A stretch of 64,000 nucleotides of DNA from Desulfomicrobium sp. (GTDB lineage Bacteria; Desulfobacterota; Desulfovibrionia; Desulfovibrionales; Desulfomicrobiaceae). The stretch is from contig JAXGMI010000001.1 in assembly GCA_040768745.1 (NCBI GenBank), positions 480,001 through 544,000 of the forward strand, in the 5' to 3' direction. The position numbers were made by a program, and so were the translations under genes. Each line of letters begins with the position of its first letter. Position 1 is the first letter of the stretch. Positions 1-9,854 of this stretch are shown here, piece after piece. Below the pieces are notes generated by a model. It did no database searches, had not been told where the DNA came from, and saw nothing but the letters and a program-made list of their open reading frames with translations.

Positions 1-544
1 GGGGATGGGCGGCCTTGTCGCAACGGAGTTTGAAAATATGCCGCCATTCTCTGATGTTGGCCGTGGTCACGATTTCGGTCTTGAGGCTGTTGGGCAGGAC
101 ACTCCGCGCTTCCTGGGCCGTGGCGCCGGCTTCCACCAGGCGCAGATAGGCGTCCTCGCAGGCCTGCATGGCCGCAAGCCACAGGGCGTAACGCCGGTCA
201 TCCTCTTTCCAGAAAAAAGGCCGGATGACCGTGATCTCGCTCCCGAACTTGTCGTGGGCGTAGTTGGCGTACCTGGTGCTCTCCTGAGAAAACGAGCACA
301 GCCGGTGGCGGACCAGCTCGTGGGTCACTCCCCGATCGCAGACGATGCGCACGGTTACCGAGATGTGTTCGAGCACGCTGTCGTGCCCCAGCCGGACGAT
401 CCGCTCCAACAACCTGCGGGCGGAATCGGCGTCGGCCTTGTCCTCGGACTTGTAGCAGGTCCGGGCGGCCAGCTCCAGATGACGCAGGACAAATTCCCCG
501 CCCGGGAGGTGCATGAAGGAGAAACTCGGATCGATGACTTTCAT
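1..544 (-). CDS. thyX: FAD-dependent thymidylate synthase (3' end runs off window)
   Basis: Manual translation from ATG at 544: MKVIDPSF...AARTCYKSE...GHDSVLEH...DRGVTHELVRHRLCSFSQESTRY, the ThyX RHR-x-SQES-RY signature. Not in the ORF track because it is open at the window edge. Confidence 0.92.
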   Translation of the reverse strand, partial: MKVIDPSFSFMHLPGGEFVLRHLELAARTCYKSEDKADADSARRLLERIVRLGHDSVLEHISVTVRIVCDRGVTHELVRHRLCSFSQESTRYANYAHDKFGSEITVIRPFFWKEDDRRYALWLAAMQACEDAYLRLVEAGATAQEARSVLPNSLKTEIVTTANIREWRHIFKLRCDKAAHP

Positions 545-553
545 GGTGCTTCC

Positions 554-1525
554 TTAGCTGCGCAGCTTGAGTCCGCCGTCGATATGCTGATAGGCCTTGG
601 CCGTTACCACCCGCCCCCTGGGCGTGCGTTTCAGGAACCCGCACTGGATCAGGTACGGTTCGTAAATATCCTCGATGGTCCGCACTTCCTCGGAGCAGGC
701 CGCCGCAATGGTCTTCACCCCCACTGGCCCGCCCCCAAAATTGTCGATGATGCACTCCAGGATCTTGCGGTCCATCATGTCCAGCCCCCGGGAATCCACA
801 TCCATGATGTCCAGTCCCTTGGCCGCCACCGTGGCGTCGATGACCGCACACCCGGCCACCTGGGCATAGTCGGCCACCCTGCGCAAAAGCCGATTGGCGA
901 TGCGCGGGGTGCCCCGGGATCGGCGCCCGATCTCCACGGCCCCCTCGCGGGAAATCTCCACGCCCAGGATGCGGGCCGCCCGGATGACGATCTGGGACAG
1001 TTCCGCGGGGTTGTAGAACTCCAGGCGGCAGATGACCCCGAAGCGGTCCCGCAGGGGCGAGGTCAAAAGTCCAATGCGGGTCGTGGCCCCGACCAGGGTG
1101 AAGGGCTCCAGCTCGATCTTGACCGTGCGCGCCCCAGGCCCCTGCCCGACAATGAGGTCCAGCTTGAAATCTTCCATGCCCGGATACAGGATCTCCTCCA
1201 CCACTGCGGGCAAACGGTGGATCTCGTCGATGAAAAGCAGATCGTGCCTGTTCAGGCTGGTCAGGATGGCGGCCAGGTCTCCGCTGCGCTCCAGCACCGG
1301 CCCGGAGGTGGAAATCAGGTTCACCCCCAGCTCGCTGGCCATGATCTGGGCCAGGGTGGTCTTGCCCAACCCGGGGTTCCCGTAGAGCAGGCAATGGTCC
1401 AGATGCTGGCCGCGTTCCTTGGCGGCCTGCAGATAGATTTTCAGATTCCCGCGCACATCGTCCTGACCGATGAAATCGTCCAGGGTCCGGGGCCGGATGT
1501 GTTCTTCGCTGGCGTTCAGACTCAT
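554..1525 (-). CDS. ruvB: Holliday junction branch migration helicase RuvB
   Basis: [12 protein letters not shown], Walker [34 protein letters not shown]; likely start MSLNA at 1525. Confidence 0.97.
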   Translation of the reverse strand: MSLNASEEHIRPRTLDDFIGQDDVRGNLKIYLQAAKERGQHLDHCLLYGNPGLGKTTLAQIMASELGVNLISTSGPVLERSGDLAAILTSLNRHDLLFIDEIHRLPAVVEEILYPGMEDFKLDLIVGQGPGARTVKIELEPFTLVGATTRIGLLTSPLRDRFGVICRLEFYNPAELSQIVIRAARILGVEISREGAVEIGRRSRGTPRIANRLLRRVADYAQVAGCAVIDATVAAKGLDIMDVDSRGLDMMDRKILECIIDNFGGGPVGVKTIAAACSEEVRTIEDIYEPYLIQCGFLKRTPRGRVVTAKAYQHIDGGLKLRS

Positions 1526-1526
1526 C

Positions 1527-2123
1527 TCATTTCGCGGCAAAGAGTTTGAGGGCCTGGCGGATGGCGCTGCCTGTGTCGAGATCCGCGTCGTTCTCGAAGA
1601 CCTGCCTGGTCACGTCTTCGGCCTCCTGCCGTCCGTAACCAAGGGAGAGCAGCGCGGACACGGTGTCGGCATAGGCTGAAACCGGAGCTGACGGGGAGGG
1701 CGACAGTGTCGCGCCAGACGCGGACATCTTGTCCTTCAGATCCAGGACCAGACGTTTGGCCGTCTTCAGCCCGATGCCCGGCACCCGGGCCAGGGAGGCT
1801 GCGTCCTCCTTGACCACGCACCCGGCCAGCTCCGATGGCGTGAACACGCCGAGCATGGCCAATGCCGTCTTGGGGCCCAGCTTGGGCGCGGACAGAAGCG
1901 TGGAGAAAGTCCGCTGCTCCTCCCAGGAAGCAAATCCGAAGAGGGCCAGGGCATCCTCGCGGACCAGGGTGTGCACGAACAGACGGGCGTTCTCGCCCGT
2001 ACTGGGCAGGGCCGACAGACCGCGCGTGGTCAGGAAAACCTTGTAGCCCACCCCGCCCTGGGTCAGGACCACGCACGAGTCCTCGTCATGGTGCAGGACG
2101 GTTCCTTCGAGATAGGCGATCAT
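1527..2123 (-). CDS. ruvA: Holliday junction DNA-binding protein RuvA
   Basis: MIAYLEG...GGVGYKV...[11 protein letters not shown]...HhH motifs LGPKTA and VPGIGLKTA; between ruvC and ruvB. Confidence 0.96.
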   Translation of the reverse strand: MIAYLEGTVLHHDEDSCVVLTQGGVGYKVFLTTRGLSALPSTGENARLFVHTLVREDALALFGFASWEEQRTFSTLLSAPKLGPKTALAMLGVFTPSELAGCVVKEDAASLARVPGIGLKTAKRLVLDLKDKMSASGATLSPSPSAPVSAYADTVSALLSLGYGRQEAEDVTRQVFENDADLDTGSAIRQALKLFAAK

Positions 2124-2132
2124 GGTCCTGAC

Positions 2133-2654
2133 CTATAACCGAGAAACACCGGCTTGACCAGCGGCCGCCGCCGCGAGGAAACGGCAATGGTTGTGGTGGC
2201 AGATGGCCACGGCCAGGGCGTCGCCGGCGTCCTCGGCCCAGTCCGGCCGCACTCCCAGGAGCTGGCCGACCATGAACGAGACCTGGGACTTCTCGGCCCG
2301 CCCCGCGCCGACCAGGGACTTCTTGACCAGGGTGGGCTCGTAGCCGAAGACCTCCACCCCGTGCACCCCGCAGGCGGCCAGGACCGCCCCGCGGGCCTGC
2401 CCGAGCTTGAGAGCCGAATCCGAATTGCGCGCAAAAAAAACATTCTCCACGGCCACGGCCTGTGGAGAATGGGTTTGCAGCAACTGCACGACGCGGGAGT
2501 ACATCAGGCCCAGCCTGGCGCTCATGGATTCCCCGTCCGGGCGGACAGTGCCGGCCTCCACCAGGGTCAGGACTCCGGAACGCTCCCGGACCAGACCATA
2601 GCCCATGCACCGGGAGCCGGGATCGATGCCGAGAACGAGGCGGTCATGGGGCAT
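2133..2654 (-). CDS. ruvC: Crossover junction endodeoxyribonuclease RuvC
   Basis: VLGIDPGS, AVENVFF, KLGQARG, DAGDALAVAICH. Confidence 0.96.
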   Translation of the reverse strand: MPHDRLVLGIDPGSRCMGYGLVRERSGVLTLVEAGTVRPDGESMSARLGLMYSRVVQLLQTHSPQAVAVENVFFARNSDSALKLGQARGAVLAACGVHGVEVFGYEPTLVKKSLVGAGRAEKSQVSFMVGQLLGVRPDWAEDAGDALAVAICHHNHCRFLAAAAAGQAGVSRL

Positions 2655-2659
2655 GGCCC

Positions 2660-3400
2660 TTACATCTCGGCCAGAAGTTCAGGAGGCAGTTCGAAATTCG
2701 CGTAGACGTTCTGCACGTCGTCGTTGTCGTCCAGCGCGTCGTAGAGCCTCAGGACCTTGCGTCCTGTCTCCACGTCCACGGCCACGGTATTCTGCGGGAT
2801 GCGGTTCAGTTCTGCGCTCAGAAACTGGATGCCCGCCGCCTCGAAGGCGGCCCTGGCTGTCTGGAAGTCCTCCACGGCGCACTGGACCTGCCAGGAATCG
2901 TCGTCGTCCAGCACGTCCTCGATCCCGGCCTCGATCCCCACTTCCAGAAGCTGGTCCTCGGAGTACTTTTCCTTGTCAAAGGAGAACACGCCCTTCTTGT
3001 CGAACATCCAGGCCACGCACCCGGCCGCGCCCATGGACCCGCCGTTCTTGCTCAGGATGTGGCGGACCTCGGCCACGGTCCTGTTCTTGTTGTCCGTCAC
3101 AGCCTCGACCAGAATGGCGACTCCGCCGGGCGCATAGCCCTCGTAGGTGATCTCTTCCAGGGCTTCCGACGCCAGTTCGCCCGTGCCCTTCTTGATGGCC
3201 GTGTCGATCTTGTCCTTGGGCAGGTTGACCGCCTTGGCCGCGTCAATGGCGGCGCGCAGCCGGGCATTCATGTCCGGGTCCCCGCCGCCCTTGGCCGCCA
3301 GGATGATTTCCTTGGTCACTTTGGTGAAAACCTTGCCCCTCTTGGCATCCTGGCGTCCCTTGCGGTGCTGGATGTTCTTCCATTTACTGTGTCCTGCCAT
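2660..3400 (-). CDS. yebC: YebC/PmpR family protein
   Basis: MAGHSKWKNIQHRKG, YEGYAPGGVA, DDNDDVQNVYAN; usual position upstream of ruvC. Confidence 0.95.
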   Translation of the reverse strand: MAGHSKWKNIQHRKGRQDAKRGKVFTKVTKEIILAAKGGGDPDMNARLRAAIDAAKAVNLPKDKIDTAIKKGTGELASEALEEITYEGYAPGGVAILVEAVTDNKNRTVAEVRHILSKNGGSMGAAGCVAWMFDKKGVFSFDKEKYSEDQLLEVGIEAGIEDVLDDDDSWQVQCAVEDFQTARAAFEAAGIQFLSAELNRIPQNTVAVDVETGRKVLRLYDALDDNDDVQNVYANFELPPELLAEM

Positions 3401-3417
3401 GTCGTCCTCCAAAAAAA

Positions 3418-4032
3418 TTATGTGGCTATTGTTCCCCGCTCAGCGGGGGCGAAACCCAGGCCCAGGATGAAGATTTCCTTGCTCTCTGCCCGGCTGCTCT
3501 TGGGTTTGACCATGCCCACCTTGGCAAATCTTGGCCGCAGGGTCTGCACGAAGGGCTGCACGTCCGGCCCCTCGAAGACCTTGGCGATGAACGTGCCGCC
3601 CGCGGCGAGCCATTCCTCGGCCACGGCAAAGGCCGCCTCCACCAGCTGGATGGAGCGGGCCTGATCGGTGAACCTGGAGCCCGTGGTCTTGGGCGCCATG
3701 TCGCTCATGACCACGTCGAACGGACCCAGCTCACGCAGATGCCCGAGAAACAGGGGCGAACGGGCGAAGATGTCTTCCTGCAGAAAAATCACCTGGGCCG
3801 GAAACGCCGTGTCAGGCATGTTCAGGTCGATGCCGAGCACCCGTCCGCCCGGACCAACCCGTTCAGCCGCGTACAGGGTCCAGGAACCCGGACAGGCCCC
3901 CAGATCGAGCACCTTCTGTCCGGCCCGCAGCAGCTTGTGCGCCTTGTCCATTTCCTGCAGCTTGTAAACGGAACGGGCGGGATAGTTTTCCTGTTTGGCC
4001 TTTTTGAAATAGTAATCGCGGTATTGTTTCAT
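3418..4032 (-). CDS. rlmE: 23S rRNA Um2552 methyltransferase RlmE/FtsJ
   Basis: YPARSVYKLQE, VLDLGACPGSW, VMSDMAP, KPKSSRAESKE. Confidence 0.93.
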   Translation of the reverse strand: MKQYRDYYFKKAKQENYPARSVYKLQEMDKAHKLLRAGQKVLDLGACPGSWTLYAAERVGPGGRVLGIDLNMPDTAFPAQVIFLQEDIFARSPLFLGHLRELGPFDVVMSDMAPKTTGSRFTDQARSIQLVEAAFAVAEEWLAAGGTFIAKVFEGPDVQPFVQTLRPRFAKVGMVKPKSSRAESKEIFILGLGFAPAERGTIAT

Positions 4033-4477
4033 GCGTTCCATGACCGGGCGGCACCCCGACGGCCCGAGCGAGCGCCTTCATGCCAGCCGGCCCTGCAGGT
4101 GTAAAGATGAAAATCAGGCATGGTTTCTCTACATCGCTCCCCGGGAGAGAGCAATATCCCGGACTTTTGGCCCAGGGCTGGCCGGGTCTCTCCGCCTCAC
4201 GTGGCCCGGACTGTCTGGCGAAAATCCGGCCCCGCTCCAAGGCCTGCCACATGCCCATCCGCCGTGTGGCAGGCACGGGTCACAGGGGTGACGAACCGAT
4301 GATGCAGGCCGGGACCGACCCGCCCGGCACCGTGCTTCGAGGGAGATCTTCCTTGTCTTCCTCCCCTCTCTTTCGGATGCCGGGTGGCGGCGGCCACTTG
4401 CCACCCATTTCTCTATGGTTATAGATTTCAGCCCGCAAGAAATTCCCTGCGGCCCAAAATTCTGCCCAGAGCCTGCC

Positions 4478-7219
4478 ATGCATACCAAAGTCATCCACAT
4501 TGCCGGAGCGCGCGAACACAACCTGAAGAACCTGACCCTGGACATCCCCCGGGACCAGCTCGTGGTGGTCTGCGGCCCCTCCGGCTCGGGCAAATCCACC
4601 CTGGCCTTCGACATCGTCTATGCCGAGGGCCAGCGCCGTTACGTGGAGTCCCTTTCGGCCTACGCCCGGCAGTTTCTGCCCCAGATGGACAAGCCGGCCA
4701 TCGACCTCATCGAGGGACTGACCCCGGCCATTTCCCTGGAGCAGCAGACCGTGTCCAGGAATCCCCGCTCCACCGTGGGCACGGTCACGGAAATCCACGA
4801 CTTTCTGCGCGTCTTCTACGCGCGCCTGGGCGTGCCCTCCTGCCCGGTCTGCGGCGACCCCATCCAGGCCCAGACCACCGACGAAATCATCGCCCGCATC
4901 CTGGACCTGCCCGAAGGGACCAGATTCATGCTCCTGGCCCCCCTGGTGAGCCACAAAAAGGGCACCCACGCCGATCTGTTCAAGAAGCTCAAGTCCCAGG
5001 GATTCGCCCGGGTGCGGGTCAACGGCGAGGTCGCGCCCCTGGATCCCATGCCTGAGCTGGCCAAGAACCTGAAGCACTGCGTGGACCTGGTCGTGGACCG
5101 GCTCGTGCTGAAGCCCGACATCCGCAAACGCCTGGCCGATTCCGTGGAACTGGGCATCAAGGCCGGGGACGGGCGGATCGTGGCCGCGGTCGTGGACGGG
5201 GAGGAGATCTTCTTTTCCACCGAGGCGGTCTGCCCCAGGTGCAGCATCAGCCTGCCCAAACCCAGCCCCCAGCTCTTCTCCTTCAACGCCCCCCAGGGCG
5301 CCTGCCCGCACTGCGCGGGTCTCGGAACCGTGGAGTACTACGAGCCGTCCCTCCTGGCCCCCAACAACGGGTTGTCCCTGCGCCAGGGGGCCGTCCTGCC
5401 CTGGAGGGGACGCGGCCTTGACCGGGTCGCCCCGGGACTGGAAGCCCTGGGCCAGGAATTGGGGTTCACCCTGGACACCTCCCTGGGCGATTTCTCCGCC
5501 CCGGCCCGCCACGCCCTCTTCCATGGCCACGCATCCTGGCCCGGCGTGATCCACTTCCTGGAACAGGGGCAGAACCTGGGCTCCATCTGGCGGGACGAAC
5601 TGGCCCGCTTCCGCCAGACCATGGACTGCCCGGCCTGCCGGGGAGCGCGGCTCAGGCCCGAATCCCTGGCCGTGCGCATCGACGGGCTGAATATTTTCGA
5701 GTTCTGCTCCCTGCCCATTTCCCGGGCCCTGGCCTGGCTGGAGGGACGGACGTTCAGCGGCGTGGCCGCCGAAATCGCCACCCCCCTCCTGAAGGAGCTG
5801 CGCCATCGTCTGGAATTTCTGGTCAACGTCGGCCTGGAGTACATCAGCCTGGCCCGGAACATGTCCACCCTGTCCGGCGGCGAGGCCCAGCGCATCCGCC
5901 TGGCCGGGCAGCTGGGATCCGGGCTGGTCGGGGTGACCTACGTGCTGGACGAGCCGAGCATCGGCCTGCACCCGCGGGACAACCAGCGCCTGATCAACAC
6001 CCTGCGCCAGCTTCAGGGCCGGGGCAACACGGTCCTGGTGGTGGAGCACGACGAGCCGACCATCCGGGCCGCCGACCACGTGCTGGAGCTGGGCCCAGGG
6101 TCGGGCCTTCTCGGCGGAGAGCTGGTTTTCAGCGGCACCCCGCGCGAACTGGTGGAAAAGTCGTCCTCCCTGACCGGCAAATACCTGCGCGGAGACCTGC
6201 GCATCGCCCGTCCCCCCCGGCGCAGGGTGTCCCGCCGGCGCATCACCCTGCGCGGGGTGACCACCAACAACCTGCGCGACATCGACGCCTCTTTCCCCCT
6301 GGACGCCCTGGTCTGCATCACCGGGGTTTCCGGTTCCGGCAAGAGCTCCCTGGTCATGGACAGCCTGTACAAGCACCTGGCCCTGGCCCAGGGCCTGAAA
6401 GTCGAGTCCCCCGGGTCCATCAAGGGCATGGATGGTGCCGAGGCGGTGGAGAAGGTCATCTCCATCGACCAGAGCCCCATCGGACGCACGCCCCGCTCCA
6501 ACCCGGCCACCTACACCAAGGTCTTCGACGAGATCCGGGACATCTTCGCCGGCAGCAAGGATGCCAAGAAGCGCGGATACGCCCCTGGCCGGTTCAGCTT
6601 CAACGTGCGCGGCGGCCGGTGCGAGGCCTGTCAGGGGGACGGGCAGATCCGGGTGGAGATGCATTTCCTGCCCGACGTCTTCGTCACCTGCGAGGTGTGC
6701 GGGGGGAAGCGCTACAACCGCGAAACCTTGGACATCCTGTACCGGGACAAATCCATCGCCGACGTGCTGGACATGTCCGTCAGCGAGGCGCGGGCCTTTT
6801 TCGCCAACCATCCGGCCCTGGAGCGCAGGCTCGGGGTGCTGGAAGAGGTGGGTCTGGAGTACATCCGCCTGGGCCAGCCGGCCACCACCCTGTCCGGCGG
6901 CGAGGCCCAGCGCATCAAGCTCTCCCGTGAACTGGGCAAGCGCAGCCTGCCCGGCACCCTGTACATCCTGGACGAGCCGACCACGGGCCTGCACATGCAC
7001 GAGGTCGGCAAGCTCATCGCCGTCCTGCACTCTCTGGTGGACAAGGGCGCGTCGGTGATCGTCATCGAGCACAACCTGGACGTGGTGGCCGCCGCCGACC
7101 ATGTCATGGACCTGGGCCCCGGCGGCGGCGACAACGGCGGGATCATCGTGGCCCAGGGCACGCCGGAGGAATTGCGCAACAACTCCGGCTCCATCACCGG
7201 GCCTTTCCTGGCCCTGTAG
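4478..7219 (+). CDS. uvrA: Excinuclease ABC subunit A
   Basis: GAREHNLKN, two GxSGSGKS Walker A motifs, two LSGGEAQRI signatures, Zn fingers; start MHTK at 4478. Confidence 0.97.
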   Translation: MHTKVIHIAGAREHNLKNLTLDIPRDQLVVVCGPSGSGKSTLAFDIVYAEGQRRYVESLSAYARQFLPQMDKPAIDLIEGLTPAISLEQQTVSRNPRSTVGTVTEIHDFLRVFYARLGVPSCPVCGDPIQAQTTDEIIARILDLPEGTRFMLLAPLVSHKKGTHADLFKKLKSQGFARVRVNGEVAPLDPMPELAKNLKHCVDLVVDRLVLKPDIRKRLADSVELGIKAGDGRIVAAVVDGEEIFFSTEAVCPRCSISLPKPSPQLFSFNAPQGACPHCAGLGTVEYYEPSLLAPNNGLSLRQGAVLPWRGRGLDRVAPGLEALGQELGFTLDTSLGDFSAPARHALFHGHASWPGVIHFLEQGQNLGSIWRDELARFRQTMDCPACRGARLRPESLAVRIDGLNIFEFCSLPISRALAWLEGRTFSGVAAEIATPLLKELRHRLEFLVNVGLEYISLARNMSTLSGGEAQRIRLAGQLGSGLVGVTYVLDEPSIGLHPRDNQRLINTLRQLQGRGNTVLVVEHDEPTIRAADHVLELGPGSGLLGGELVFSGTPRELVEKSSSLTGKYLRGDLRIARPPRRRVSRRRITLRGVTTNNLRDIDASFPLDALVCITGVSGSGKSSLVMDSLYKHLALAQGLKVESPGSIKGMDGAEAVEKVISIDQSPIGRTPRSNPATYTKVFDEIRDIFAGSKDAKKRGYAPGRFSFNVRGGRCEACQGDGQIRVEMHFLPDVFVTCEVCGGKRYNRETLDILYRDKSIADVLDMSVSEARAFFANHPALERRLGVLEEVGLEYIRLGQPATTLSGGEAQRIKLSRELGKRSLPGTLYILDEPTTGLHMHEVGKLIAVLHSLVDKGASVIVIEHNLDVVAAADHVMDLGPGGGDNGGIIVAQGTPEELRNNSGSITGPFLAL

Positions 7220-7294
7220 CCGCATGTCCCCCCATACGGAGAAAGGCGGCCAGGTTCCCCCGGTCGCCTTCCCTTCCGTCCGATCCGCCCATCC

Positions 7295-8278
7295 TCAATA
7301 CCGGGAGGTCAAGTGGGCCGATCCCCGCATCAGGTAGTTGTGCACATAGTCCTGCACGCCCTCTTCCAGGGAGCCGAAACCCACGTCGCATCCCCGTCCG
7401 GCCAGCTTGGTCAGGTCGGCGCAGGTGTAGTACTGGTACTTGTCCCGGATTGATTCGGGCATGTCCACGTATTCGATCCGCGGCTCCCGGCCCATGGCCG
7501 CGAACACGGCCCGGGCCAGATCGTTCCAGGTCCGGGCCTGTCCCGTGCCCACGTTGAAGATCCCGCCCACGTCCGGACGCTTGAGCAGCCAGTCCATGAC
7601 CCGCACGCAGTCCTTGATGTACACGAAGTCCCGGCGCTGCTCGCCGTCGGCGTAGTCGGGCCGGTGGGACCTGAACAGCTGCAGCCGTCCTGTCTGGCTG
7701 ATCTGGGCAAAGGCCTTGCAGACCACGGACTTCATGTCGCCCTTGTGGTACTCGTTGGGTCCGAACACGTTGAAGAACTTCAGGCCGGCCACCTTGTCCA
7801 GCAGCTTTTCGCGGGCCAGCCACAGGTCGAACAGGTGCTTGGAATAGCCGTACATGTTCATGGGCTGCAATGCGTCCATGACCTCGTCGGCGTCGTCAAA
7901 GCCCCGGCTGCCGTCCCCATAGGTGGCGGCGGAGCTGGCGTGGATGAACCGGGCCCCGTGCATCTGAGCAAAACGGCACATGGCCTTGGAGTACTCCAGA
8001 TTGTTGCGCATGAGGTAGTCGCAATCGGTTTCCGTGGTGGAGGAGCAGGCCCCCATGTGGATGACCGCCTCGATGGAACCCTCCTGGTCCAGGGTGTGCA
8101 GATTGGCCAGGAAGGCATCCTTGTGCGCGTAGCGCAGATAGGACAGGCCGACCAGGTTCCGCCACTTCATGCTGGTGGACAGGTTGTCCACCACCACGAT
8201 GTCCGTGTACCCCTGCCGGTTCAGCTCCCAGACCATGGCGCTGCCGATGAATCCCGCGCCGCCGGTGATGATGATCAT
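7295..8278 (-). CDS. hldD: ADP-L-glycero-D-manno-heptose 6-epimerase
   Basis: MIIITGGAGFIGS, HMGACSSTTE, YGYSK, FFNVFGPNEYHKG. Confidence 0.93.
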   Translation of the reverse strand: MIIITGGAGFIGSAMVWELNRQGYTDIVVVDNLSTSMKWRNLVGLSYLRYAHKDAFLANLHTLDQEGSIEAVIHMGACSSTTETDCDYLMRNNLEYSKAMCRFAQMHGARFIHASSAATYGDGSRGFDDADEVMDALQPMNMYGYSKHLFDLWLAREKLLDKVAGLKFFNVFGPNEYHKGDMKSVVCKAFAQISQTGRLQLFRSHRPDYADGEQRRDFVYIKDCVRVMDWLLKRPDVGGIFNVGTGQARTWNDLARAVFAAMGREPRIEYVDMPESIRDKYQYYTCADLTKLAGRGCDVGFGSLEEGVQDYVHNYLMRGSAHLTSRY

Positions 8279-8424
8279 AGCCCCTCCTTGAAGGAGGGTT
8301 CAACCTAGCCGGATTTCGGCATGGCGGCAAGGGCGGCCGGCGCACCACTCTGGAAAACCTTGGATTTTGGAACTTCTTTGGCTACAGTGCCTCTTTCCTT
8401 TCACCCTCTGTCTGAGGAGCGTTC

Positions 8425-9066
8425 ATGCTCGCCATCCTGGACTACGAGGCTGGCAATCTGACCAGCGTCAAGCGGGCCCTGGACCATCTGTCCATCCCGG
8501 CCACCATCACGGCGGAAAAGGGCGTCATTGCCCGCAGCCAGGGCCTCATCTTTCCCGGCGTGGGGGCTGCCGGGTCGGCCATGGCCAACCTGCGCCGGTC
8601 CGGCCTGGACATGGTTATGGCCGCGGAAATCGCGGCCGGCAAGCCCATGCTGGGCATCTGCCTGGGCTGCCAGATCCTCCTGGACTACAGCCCTGAAAAC
8701 GACACCCCCACCCTGGGCCTCATCCCTGGCCAATGCGGCGTGTTCACCCCGGACCTGACCGAGGAGGACGGCCTGCCCATCAACATCCCGCACATGGGCT
8801 GGAACACGGTAAAGCTGAAAAAGGAATGCCGCCTTTTCGCCGGAATCGCGCCCGAGAGCGAATTCTATTTCGTGCACAGCTTTTTCCCGGCTCCTGACCC
8901 GGAATTCGTCATCGGCACGACCCGATACGGCCGGGAATTCTGCTCCGTCCACGGCCGCGACGGGCTGTGGGCCACCCAGTTCCACCCGGAGAAGAGCGGC
9001 CGCCCTGGCCTGCAGCTGCTCTCCAACTTCTTCGCGTACTGCCGGGAGGTGGCCCATGCTCAGTAA
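8425..9066 (+). CDS. hisH: Imidazole glycerol phosphate synthase, amidotransferase subunit
   Basis: [32 protein letters not shown]. Confidence 0.95.
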   Translation: MLAILDYEAGNLTSVKRALDHLSIPATITAEKGVIARSQGLIFPGVGAAGSAMANLRRSGLDMVMAAEIAAGKPMLGICLGCQILLDYSPENDTPTLGLIPGQCGVFTPDLTEEDGLPINIPHMGWNTVKLKKECRLFAGIAPESEFYFVHSFFPAPDPEFVIGTTRYGREFCSVHGRDGLWATQFHPEKSGRPGLQLLSNFFAYCREVAHAQ

Positions 9067-9835
9067 GCGTGTCATCCCCTGCCTGGACGTGCGCAACGGC
9101 AAATTGACCAAGGGCGTCAAGTTCCTGGGCAACGTGGACATCGGCGACCCCGTGGAGACGGCCCGCTGCTACTACGAGGATGGGGCCGACGAGATCGTCT
9201 TCTACGACATCACCGCGTCCCACGAAGGCCGGGGCATCATGCTCAAAGTCGTGGAGCGGGTGGCCTCCCAGATCTTCATCCCCTTTTCCGTGGGGGGCGG
9301 CATCTCCACCGTGGCCGACATGCGCGACGTGCTCCTGGCCGGGGCGGAGAAAATCTCGGTCAACTCCGCGGCCGTGAAGACCCCGCACATCATTTCCGAT
9401 GGCGCGGCGGCCTTCGGGTCCCAGTGCATCGTCGTCGGCATGGACGTGCTGCGCGTGCCCACAAGCGAGGCCATCCCCTCGGGCTACGAGATCGTCATCC
9501 ACGGCGGCCGCAGGCACATGGGCATCGACGCCCTGTGGTGGGCCCGGGAGGTGGAGCGGCTGGGCGCGGGGGAGCTGTGCATCAATTCCATCGACGCCGA
9601 CGGCACCAAGGACGGGTACGAGCTGACCCTGACCCGGCTCATCGCCGACAGCGTGCGCATCCCGGTCATCGCCTCGGGCGGGGCGGGCACCCCCCAGCAC
9701 ATGGTCGACGCCGTGACGGCGGGCAGGGCCTCGGCCGCCCTGATCGCCTCCATCGTGCACTACGGGGAATACACGGTGGCGGACTTGAAGGCCTTCATGG
9801 CCCGGCAAGGAGTCAAGGTGCGGCAGGTCTGGTAG
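9056..9835 (+). CDS. hisF: Imidazole glycerol phosphate synthase, cyclase subunit
   Basis: [45 protein letters not shown]. Confidence 0.96.
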   Translation: MLSKRVIPCLDVRNGKLTKGVKFLGNVDIGDPVETARCYYEDGADEIVFYDITASHEGRGIMLKVVERVASQIFIPFSVGGGISTVADMRDVLLAGAEKISVNSAAVKTPHIISDGAAAFGSQCIVVGMDVLRVPTSEAIPSGYEIVIHGGRRHMGIDALWWAREVERLGAGELCINSIDADGTKDGYELTLTRLIADSVRIPVIASGGAGTPQHMVDAVTAGRASAALIASIVHYGEYTVADLKAFMARQGVKVRQVW

Positions 9836-9854
9836 CCTGCCGCGGCGGCCTCAC

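Noticed and set aside
4042..4477. ncRNA or SOS box between rlmE and uvrA
   Set aside because: Only a short GC hairpin (~4382-4406); no motif I can support
5..7225. Long antisense ORFs (5-1549, 2462-3664, 4280-7225; similar ones at 20790-22613, 24095-26818, 33124-35094, 43580-45148)
   Set aside because: Shadow frames opposite well-supported genes, expected in high-GC DNA; no recognisable motifs
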